A stretch of DNA of 64,000 nucleotides from an uncultured Gammaproteobacteria bacterium (GTDB lineage Bacteria > Patescibacteriota > Microgenomatia > UBA12405), in contig CAZVMP010000001.1 in assembly GCA_964628885.1 (NCBI GenBank), positions 43,459-107,458 of the forward strand, in the 5' to 3' direction. Under the pieces are notes generated by a model. That model saw nothing but the letters and a program-made list of their open reading frames with translations, ran no database searches and had not been told where the DNA came from. Position 1 is the stretch's first letter; the number at the start of each line of letters is the position of its first letter. This document shows positions 40,388-48,093 of the stretch, piece after piece. The position numbers were made by a program, and so were the translations under genes.

Positions 40388-40938
40388 AAAAATTAAAACA
40401 AGAAATTAGCAATTATCTCAACTTGCCATATATGACTAATATTATTCATGATGGCAAGATTGTTAAAGAAAGAGTTCTTGGGGGCAAGGGACACTGGAAA
40501 GATATTCAAAAAGAAACCAGAAAAATTGCTGCTTCTCAAAAAATAGATCTAACCAAATTAACTCCTAAAAAACTTTATAATTTTCAAAAAAAACATAAAA
40601 TCGGAATAGACTGTTCTGGACTAGCTACTCAATTACTTATATATTATGGCAATCTTTTAGGGAAAAAAGTTAATCTAATTCCTAGAAAAACTTCAGCTCA
40701 CATGTTAACTTCTCCACCACTAGCAATTAAAATTACTGATAATGATTTAATTCAAACGGGAGATTTGGTTAGACAGAAAAATGGTCATCACCTTCTCTTT
40801 ATAATTGAAAAAGTTGGTAAAACCATTAGTTATGTTGATAGTTCTTTTTGGGGTAGGGGAGTAAAATACGGTCAATTTGACATCACTGATGCTGCTTTTG
40901 ATAACCAAGGAATCTACCGTCTACTTTTCCTCAATTAA
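40369..40938 (+). CDS. NlpC/P60-like (papain-fold) putative peptidase
   Basis: GIDCSGL catalytic Cys motif, GDLV, HHLLFI; start overlaps the mraY end. Confidence 0.65.
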   Translation: MVGTKLKKLKQEISNYLNLPYMTNIIHDGKIVKERVLGGKGHWKDIQKETRKIAASQKIDLTKLTPKKLYNFQKKHKIGIDCSGLATQLLIYYGNLLGKKVNLIPRKTSAHMLTSPPLAIKITDNDLIQTGDLVRQKNGHHLLFIIEKVGKTISYVDSSFWGRGVKYGQFDITDAAFDNQGIYRLLFLN

Positions 40939-41085
40939 TTCTTTATACTGCAACGGTTCAAGTGACAAAACTTCCACTTCAGTTCCACATTCATCACATT
41001 CCAAAATATCTCCTATCATCATTCCTTCAGATTGTTTAATCTCAGTCTCACAATCAGGACAAATAATTTTAGTTGTTTGTGTCAT
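40921..41085 (-). CDS. LysW-like zinc-ribbon acidic protein (putative amino-group carrier) ending EEK
   Basis: 54 aa: CPDC..GDILECDECGTEVEVLSLEPL; lacks the canonical EDWGE C-terminus. Confidence 0.75.
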   Translation of the reverse strand: MTQTTKIICPDCETEIKQSEGMMIGDILECDECGTEVEVLSLEPLQYKELIEEK

Positions 41086-41124
41086 AAGTATAAAAAATAT
41101 ATAATAAAGCTTAAGCAACATTAT

Positions 41125-41946
41125 ATGGCAAATACTCCCTTAGTTAAACTAGATAATATCTATTATAAACGTGAAGATAAAAATCCCACCGGTTCCGCTA
41201 AAGATAGAGCTATTCCTATTCAAATTAAAAATCTAAAGAAACAAGGTTACCTGTCTGCAGTTATTTCTAGTACTGGTAATGCCGCCATTTCTGCTGCCCA
41301 TTTTTGTCAACAAAATAAAATTGACTTAACTGTTTTTTTGTCACCCAAAATCAATCATAACAAATTTAACATTCTTAAAAAATATCCATTAGAAATTATT
41401 ATTTCTCCAAAACCAATCAGTGATGCTATTAAATTTGCTAAAACCAATCACGCTTATCTTCTTCGACAGTCAACTGATCCAGCTGCCTTAATTGGATATC
41501 AACAAATTGCCACTGAATTAACCACTCAATTACCTCAAACCACCAGTATTTTTATTCCCATTGGTAGCGGCACCACTCTCCTTGGAATTTCTCAAAAAAT
41601 CTCTAACTCTGTCAAAATCTTTGGATGCCAATCTGTTGCCAATTCGCCTATTAGCCAAACTTTTGACTCTGATTTTGTTCCTGAAACCAGGTTAATTACC
41701 GACGCCCTTTCCGCTAGATTTCTCCCCAACAAAAAAAATATAATTACCGCCATCAATAACTCTAAAGGTTTTTCTTTTTCTATTCAAAATCAAGCCATAA
41801 TCTCTGCTGATAACCATCTTCATCGTCTTGGTATCAACACCTCACTAGAAGGGGCTTTATCTTTTGCTGCCTACCAAAAAGCTATTAAAAATAATTTTTC
41901 TGTTGGTAATTTTCCTGTCATTATTTTAACCGGAGCTAAAAGATAA
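41125..41946 (+). CDS. Fold-type II PLP-dependent enzyme (threonine synthase-like)
   Basis: KRED.NPTGSAKDR (PLP Lys), SSTGNAA, PIGSGTT, VIILTG. Confidence 0.85.
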   Translation: MANTPLVKLDNIYYKREDKNPTGSAKDRAIPIQIKNLKKQGYLSAVISSTGNAAISAAHFCQQNKIDLTVFLSPKINHNKFNILKKYPLEIIISPKPISDAIKFAKTNHAYLLRQSTDPAALIGYQQIATELTTQLPQTTSIFIPIGSGTTLLGISQKISNSVKIFGCQSVANSPISQTFDSDFVPETRLITDALSARFLPNKKNIITAINNSKGFSFSIQNQAIISADNHLHRLGINTSLEGALSFAAYQKAIKNNFSVGNFPVIILTGAKR

Positions 41947-41948
41947 CT

Positions 41949-43124
41949 ATGGATTTATTTAAAATAATTAACCAATCAAATTATATTTTTTATTTCTTAG
42001 TTGTTGACAACTTTCTAGATATTCAACTACCTCAACTAAAAAATTTTCATCTCATTTATGCTTTTAAAAGTCCAATCTTTGATGCTCTCAAAAAAAACCA
42101 CTTACCTTATTTTTGTCTTGAAGAAGAAAATGTTGCTCTTTCTCAAAAAAATACTGGCCGTCTTTTATCTTCACCCCAAGTTATTGAATACATCAATTCT
42201 ACTTCTGCTAATAAAATCCCGGTTATAATTCCTTTTAAACCATCAGCTAAAGTAGAAATACTTTGTCGTAAACACAACTGGGTATTTGCTGCTGTTTCAC
42301 CCCAAATTAATCGATTCCTCGAAGATAAAAACCAATTTTTTAACTTTTGTCAAACTAATCATCTTCCAACAATTACTGGTTCTGTTGATAAATTTAATCA
42401 ATCAAATTTTGAAAAATACCAGCATCAATTTGGCCAAAAACTAGTTATTCAAACTCATTTTGGCTGGGCTGGTAACAGTACTTATTTTGCCCAAAACTGG
42501 CATGACCTCTCTAATAAAATTCCTCTCCAAACCATAGTAAAATTTTCTCCTCTTTTAGAAGGTTATTCTCTTCTAAATAATTGCTGTCTCACTTCATCAG
42601 GACTTATTCAAAGCCCTCCCGCCCTTCAATACACCGGTCTTAAAAACCTGACTAAAAACCCTTTTACTACTGTTGGCCGTCAATGGCCATCCATGGCTCC
42701 CGACCATATTAATCAGCAAGTTATTAAAATAACCAAAAAATTTAGCCAATTAATAAATGATCTCGGTTACCGTGGTTTTTTTGGCCTGGATTTCTTTGTT
42801 AGCCAAGACTCAGTCTATCTACTAGAATGTAATCCCAGATTAACAGCCTCCTTTGCTTTTTACACCGATATAGAAATTCAGCAATCTCTTAATCCTTTAT
42901 TCCTTTTTCACCTAGCCGAATTTATTAACATTAAAACTAATCTTAATACTAATTCTCATCAACAATTAATTAATTGTGCCAAAATTATTGGTTCTGAAGT
43001 AACTCTAAAAAATAAGCACAGCCAAACTATTAAAAAATATCACGACTTTACTGCTTTTAGTCAATCAGTTAATCCTGTTGTTATTCCTCGTCGCATCATC
43101 AACCTGCTCCATGAAACAGACTAA
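41949..43124 (+). CDS. ATP-grasp carboxylate-amine ligase
   Basis: EDK, GWAGNSTY, GYRGFFGLDF, LLECNPR. Confidence 0.85.
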   Translation: MDLFKIINQSNYIFYFLVVDNFLDIQLPQLKNFHLIYAFKSPIFDALKKNHLPYFCLEEENVALSQKNTGRLLSSPQVIEYINSTSANKIPVIIPFKPSAKVEILCRKHNWVFAAVSPQINRFLEDKNQFFNFCQTNHLPTITGSVDKFNQSNFEKYQHQFGQKLVIQTHFGWAGNSTYFAQNWHDLSNKIPLQTIVKFSPLLEGYSLLNNCCLTSSGLIQSPPALQYTGLKNLTKNPFTTVGRQWPSMAPDHINQQVIKITKKFSQLINDLGYRGFFGLDFFVSQDSVYLLECNPRLTASFAFYTDIEIQQSLNPLFLFHLAEFINIKTNLNTNSHQQLINCAKIIGSEVTLKNKHSQTIKKYHDFTAFSQSVNPVVIPRRIINLLHETD

Positions 43125-44289
43125 ATCTCCGTTACTTCCACTAATATTTTCCCTTATCAGTATCGGAATTATTTTTATTTCTATTTCTTCTCTTACTGAA
43201 GCTAATACCACCACCGGTGATAAATTTTATTTTCTTAGAAAACAGTTTTTTTGGTTATTTATAAGTTTTACCGCTTTTTATATCACCTCAAAAATTAATC
43301 TAAAACTAATTAAAAAACTTTCACCAATCATTTATTTTACCTCTATCGTCGGGTTAATTTTAGTTTTAATTCCTGGGCTCAGCAACCAAACTCTTGGGGC
43401 CAGACGTTGGCTCAATCTTGGCCCACTTAGTTTCCAACCTTCAGAACTTCTTAAATTAACTTCTGTTATTTATTTTTCTTACTTATTTGCTCAACAATCA
43501 AAGCGCAGTTTAATTCATCTTATTATTCACCTTTCAATTCCCTTCATCCTTATAATCTTAGAACCTAACTTAAGCACCGCTATTCTTGTTTCTGCCATCA
43601 TTATTACTATTTTTTATCTAGCCGGAGGCAAGGTTATTCCTTTACTTTTCTTATGTTTAGCCTTAATTGGACTCTCATTTATTTTAGTCATTAATTCTCC
43701 TTACCGCGCCGCCCGATTTCAAACATTTCTTAACCCAGAACAAGATGTTCAAACCATCTCTTATCATAACAGTCAGATTATTCTGTCTCTTTCTTCTGGC
43801 GGCTTATTTGGTAAAGGTTTTGCTAACTCAGATCAAAAATACCGATTTTTACCTAAAATATCAACCGACTCTATCTTAGCCATCATTAGTGAAGAAACCG
43901 GATTCTTGGGCACACTTATCGTTATAATGCTCTATATTCTTTTATTGTCTTATCTAATTAAAACCGCATCGATAATCTCTGATGTTTTTCCTTCATTATT
44001 ACTTTCTGGAGTTGCCTGCTGGATCGGTTATCAATGTCTTATTAATATCTCCGCCATTGCCAATATTATTCCACTCACTGGAGTCCCTCTACCTTTTATT
44101 TCCTATGGAGGATCATCATTATTAACTCTAATGATTGCCATCGGATTAGTACGTAATGTCGAAAAAACCCATTCATTATTGATATACTCTGATAATGATC
44201 AAAGAGAGAAAAAAGATTATTATCACCGGCACTCATCTTACCCCCGCCATCGAACTAATTCGTCAACTCGAGTCAGACCCAAAAAATAA
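43111..44289 (+). CDS. ftsW: SEDS peptidoglycan polymerase FtsW
   Basis: GARRW, FQPSE..K, GGLFGKG, TD.I, TGVPLPFISYGGSS; upstream of murG. Confidence 0.9.
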   Translation: MKQTKSPLLPLIFSLISIGIIFISISSLTEANTTTGDKFYFLRKQFFWLFISFTAFYITSKINLKLIKKLSPIIYFTSIVGLILVLIPGLSNQTLGARRWLNLGPLSFQPSELLKLTSVIYFSYLFAQQSKRSLIHLIIHLSIPFILIILEPNLSTAILVSAIIITIFYLAGGKVIPLLFLCLALIGLSFILVINSPYRAARFQTFLNPEQDVQTISYHNSQIILSLSSGGLFGKGFANSDQKYRFLPKISTDSILAIISEETGFLGTLIVIMLYILLLSYLIKTASIISDVFPSLLLSGVACWIGYQCLINISAIANIIPLTGVPLPFISYGGSSLLTLMIAIGLVRNVEKTHSLLIYSDNDQREKKDYYHRHSSYPRHRTNSSTRVRPKK

Positions 44290-45292
44290 CTGGCAAATAG
44301 ACTATATTGGTCGTAAATCAAATTCAAATGATATCAACGATAGCTCTATTGAATCAAAAATAATTCCTAATCTTGGTATTAAATTTCATGCCATTAATTG
44401 TGGCAAACTTGATCGTCGTTATCTTCCTAATACCATTATTGGTATTTTCCAAACCATTCTTGGCTTCATTCAATCACACCGTCTCATAAAAAAAATTAAT
44501 CCCCATATTGTAGTTTCTTTTGGTGGATATGTTTCTGTTCCCGTCATTATTAATGCTAGTCTTAAAAGAATAAAAACTATTACTCATGAACAAACCCTCA
44601 CCAACAGTCTAACTACTAAAATTAATAGCCGCTTCGTCACTAAAATTGCCCTTTCATTTAAAAATCATCGTCAAATTAAAGAATTACCCTTATCAAAAAT
44701 TGTTGTTACTGGAAATCTTCTACGACACCAATTATTCCAACCAACTCCAAAACCACCTCAAAATATCAACTTTAAACAAAAAAACTCTCCCATAATTTAT
44801 ATTACTGCCGGCAATCAAGGTTCTCACAGTATTAACCTTTGCTTAAAATCAATATTACCTCTACTTAAAAAGTATAATATAATCCATCAAACAGGCAAAA
44901 ATGATCTTAATTCTTTCAAAAAATTAAGTCAAAAATATTCTAATTATTTTTCTTCTGACTATTTTTCAACCCAAGATTTTGCTTGGATTATTAAATCTGC
45001 CGACACTATCATTGGACGTTCTGGAGCTAATACTAGTCAGGAAATTGTTGCCTTTTCTAAAAAATCAATTTTAATTCCATTACCTAAAAGCCAACAAAAT
45101 GAACAACTTCTCAATGCCTTTTGGGTAAAAGAAAAACTAAAACAATACACCATAATTATTAATCAAAATGACCTTACCTCCAAAAGATTGTTAGCTGCTA
45201 TCGAAAAACTATCTGATATTCAAAACATTCCCAGAAAATATAAAAACAAACCAAATCTAAAACTTATAAATCTAATCCATGAAATTATTTAA
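44195..45292 (+). CDS. murG: Lipid II GlcNAc transferase MurG
   Basis: TGTHLTPA, FGGYVSVP, HEQ, TGN, HQTG, RSGANT. Confidence 0.9.
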   Translation: MIKERKKIIITGTHLTPAIELIRQLESDPKNNWQIDYIGRKSNSNDINDSSIESKIIPNLGIKFHAINCGKLDRRYLPNTIIGIFQTILGFIQSHRLIKKINPHIVVSFGGYVSVPVIINASLKRIKTITHEQTLTNSLTTKINSRFVTKIALSFKNHRQIKELPLSKIVVTGNLLRHQLFQPTPKPPQNINFKQKNSPIIYITAGNQGSHSINLCLKSILPLLKKYNIIHQTGKNDLNSFKKLSQKYSNYFSSDYFSTQDFAWIIKSADTIIGRSGANTSQEIVAFSKKSILIPLPKSQQNEQLLNAFWVKEKLKQYTIIINQNDLTSKRLLAAIEKLSDIQNIPRKYKNKPNLKLINLIHEII

Positions 45293-45656
45293 ACTTGCTA
45301 CTATTCTATTTTTTTTAGGAACTATTTCTCTTGTTACCGCCACTAATTTTCACTCAAAAGAAAATTTTAGTCCTATTGCTCAACAAACTAGTTTCTATCA
45401 AAAACTTGATTTAGCCCTCAAAACCAGTAATATGGAGACTTCATCAATAGAAATTAGAGACTTTAACCATCAAGTTGAGTTTTATATCCAATCTCAAAAC
45501 GAACCTATTAAAATAATTTTATCAGATCAAAAAGACCCGTTTTGGCAGATTTCTTCTTTGCAACAATTACTAAAAACCGTTAAAATGAATCAACAGCCAT
45601 TAAAGCTTGTTGACTTAAGCGCTGCTCAACCTTATGCCACATTTAAAAATAATTAG
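45279..45656 (+). CDS. Small exported protein in the ftsQ position (possible remnant FtsQ beta domain)
   Basis: N-terminal TM; C-terminal LVDL; directly before ftsA. Confidence 0.5.
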   Translation: MKLFKLATILFFLGTISLVTATNFHSKENFSPIAQQTSFYQKLDLALKTSNMETSSIEIRDFNHQVEFYIQSQNEPIKIILSDQKDPFWQISSLQQLLKTVKMNQQPLKLVDLSAAQPYATFKNN

Positions 45657-46881
45657 CGGTATCGACATTGGTACCTCAAAAATAACTACTATTATTGGTC
45701 AATATTCTGACACCGAAGACAAGTTTAATATTATTGCTGTTTCCTCAAAACCTTCACTTGGATTCCGTAAGGGTCAAATTGTTAATCTTGAACAAGCAAC
45801 TTCAACCATTGTTCAAAGCATTGAATCTGCTGAAAGAATGGCTGGATTTCAAATAAATTCTGCTTCTATATGTTTATCAGCCCCATATATCGAATCAATT
45901 AATTCACAAGGAGTCGTTGCTATTAGTAATCCAAATGGAGAAATCGACCAAAATGATATTGACCGAGTAATTGAAGCCGCTAAAGCAGTCGCCATTCCTA
46001 ATGGAAAAGAAATTATTCATATCATTCCAATTCGCTATACCGTCGACGGTCAAGAAGGAGTCATTGATCCAATTGGAATGAATGGTGTCCGTCTTGAAGT
46101 TGAGTCTCATATTATTATTGCTTCTACTCCTTCCCTTAAAAATCTTAAAAAGTGTTTAGAAGATGTTGGTATTAAAATTGATCAGCTAGTTTACTCTGGA
46201 TTAGCTACTGCTAAATCAACTCTCACTGAAACAGAAAAAGAACTCGGAGTTGCTCTAGTTGATATTGGTGGTAGTAACACCACTATTACTATTTTTAACG
46301 AAGGTTCTCCAGTATTTTCATCTGTTGTTCCTGTTGGTGGTAGTAATGTCACCAACGACCTAGCTATCGGACTCCGATTTTCTCTTGAAGATGCCGAAAA
46401 AATAAAATTAAGACTTACTAAAGTTAGTGAATCAAAAAAATTTGAAGATGAAGTTGAGTTATCTACCTTTGGACTTCAAGCTGAAGATAAAAGAAAAATA
46501 TCTCTTAGAACAGCTATCAACGGAATTATCAACCCTCGACTCGAAGAATTGTTTCATCTTATCTACGCCAAAATAGAAGAAAGCGGTTTTCACCAAACCA
46601 TTCCTGCTGGAATTGTTTTGACTGGAGGCGGGGCTCAAACCACCAACCTTAAAGAAGTTTGTGAAAAAGTTATCCCTCTACCATTACGCATTGCCAGCCC
46701 GCCAAAAGTTGGAGGAATCATTGATGATATTATTAATCCAGCTTACAGTAGCTCTATTGGTCTACTTATGTTTATTAACGATGCTAAAAAAGTCCCTCCC
46801 TCATCAGTTAAGAAACCTAAAATACAAATTGGGAGTATCTTTGGAAAAATTAAAAAATTAATTGAACCTTTAATGCCTTAA
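45634..46881 (+). CDS. ftsA: Cell division protein FtsA
   Basis: IDIGTSKI, AERMAG, DIGG, TNDLA.GL, LTGGG. Confidence 0.95.
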   Translation: MPHLKIISGIDIGTSKITTIIGQYSDTEDKFNIIAVSSKPSLGFRKGQIVNLEQATSTIVQSIESAERMAGFQINSASICLSAPYIESINSQGVVAISNPNGEIDQNDIDRVIEAAKAVAIPNGKEIIHIIPIRYTVDGQEGVIDPIGMNGVRLEVESHIIIASTPSLKNLKKCLEDVGIKIDQLVYSGLATAKSTLTETEKELGVALVDIGGSNTTITIFNEGSPVFSSVVPVGGSNVTNDLAIGLRFSLEDAEKIKLRLTKVSESKKFEDEVELSTFGLQAEDKRKISLRTAINGIINPRLEELFHLIYAKIEESGFHQTIPAGIVLTGGGAQTTNLKEVCEKVIPLPLRIASPPKVGGIIDDIINPAYSSSIGLLMFINDAKKVPPSSVKKPKIQIGSIFGKIKKLIEPLMP

Positions 46882-46882
46882 T

Positions 46883-48046
46883 ATGGCTCTGATTAAAACT
46901 CTTGCTGGACAATTTGCCAAAATTAAAGTCATCGGTATCGGTGGCGGAGGTAATAATGCTATTAATTCCATGATTGATGAGGATAGTATTAAAGGTGTTG
47001 ATTTTATTGCCATCAATACCGATTCTCAAGCCCTACTTAATTCTCAAGCTTCCATAAAAATCCAAATTGGAGAAAAATTAACTAAAGGTCTCGGGGCTGG
47101 AGGAAATCCTCAAATGGGACAAAAAGCTGCTGAAGAATCAAAAGAAAGAATTAAGGAAATGTTGGTCGGTACTGACATGGTCTTTATTACCGGTGGTATG
47201 GGCGGTGGCACTTGTACTGGGGCTGCCCCAATTATTGCCGAAATTGCCAAAAAAGAACTAGGAATTCTCACTATTGCTGTGGTTACAAAACCTTTTCTAT
47301 TTGAAGGTACTCGGCGAATGACCAATGCCGAAGAGGGAGTTTCTCAACTAAGAAATAATGTCGACACTCTCATTGTTATTCCTAATCAAAAAGTTATGGA
47401 AGTTGTTAATGATAAAGCTACCTTACTTGAAGCCTTTAAAATTGCTGATTCTGTTCTCAACAAAGGCACTAAAGCTATCGCCGATTTAATTACTGTCCCT
47501 GGACTTATTAACCTTGATTTTGCTGACATTAAATCAGTTATGAGTAATGCCGGCTCTGCTCTTATGGGAGTTGGAGAGGCTGATGGTGAAGATCGAGCCA
47601 GAAAAGCAGTTGAAGCCGCGGTGGAATCACCATTAGTAGAAGCCACTATCGAAGGGGCTAGGGGGGTCTTAATTAATGTTACTGGAGGATCTGACCTAAC
47701 CATGTCTGAAATTGAAGAATCAGCCAAAAATATTACTCAAAGAGCTGCTCCCGACGCTAATATCATCTTTGGTGCCACTATTGATCCTGAACTAAAAGGA
47801 AAAATAAAAATTTCTGTCATTGCCACTGGATTTGACACCACTAAAGCTGGATTTTACCAAGCCATCAAAAAAACTCCTCCAATAGTTGAATCAAACCCTC
47901 TCCCTCAAACTAAAACTGATGATTCTGAACCTAAACCAATTGATGACAAGGAGATAGAAAAATTTTTAGGAGATAAAGATATTCCAGTCGGAATTGATAT
48001 TGTCGATGAATTTGATATCCCTGCTTTTCTCAGGAAAAAGGGTTAA
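46883..48046 (+). CDS. ftsZ: Cell division protein FtsZ
   Basis: GGGGNNA, GGGTCTG, NLDFAD, C-terminal DIPAFLRK. Confidence 0.98.
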   Translation: MALIKTLAGQFAKIKVIGIGGGGNNAINSMIDEDSIKGVDFIAINTDSQALLNSQASIKIQIGEKLTKGLGAGGNPQMGQKAAEESKERIKEMLVGTDMVFITGGMGGGTCTGAAPIIAEIAKKELGILTIAVVTKPFLFEGTRRMTNAEEGVSQLRNNVDTLIVIPNQKVMEVVNDKATLLEAFKIADSVLNKGTKAIADLITVPGLINLDFADIKSVMSNAGSALMGVGEADGEDRARKAVEAAVESPLVEATIEGARGVLINVTGGSDLTMSEIEESAKNITQRAAPDANIIFGATIDPELKGKIKISVIATGFDTTKAGFYQAIKKTPPIVESNPLPQTKTDDSEPKPIDDKEIEKFLGDKDIPVGIDIVDEFDIPAFLRKKG

Positions 48047-48093
48047 ATTTACTCAACCGCACTTTTGTTATATAATCATCTCTTAAACAACCT

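Noticed and set aside
40921-41946. Reading the LysW-like and thrC-like genes as ordinary lysine/threonine biosynthesis
   Set aside because: No EDWGE terminus and no other pathway genes in the window; cannot be fully excluded without the rest of the genome
44195-44289. 95-nt ftsW/murG overlap as a programmed frameshift or fusion
   Set aside because: Both proteins look complete and murG has its own -10 box 6 nt before the ATG; the ftsW tail is most simply run-on to a late stop
48047-48093. T-box leader for ileS (or glyQS)
   Set aside because: Intergenic spaces are far too short (47 and 14 bp) and lack a T-box motif
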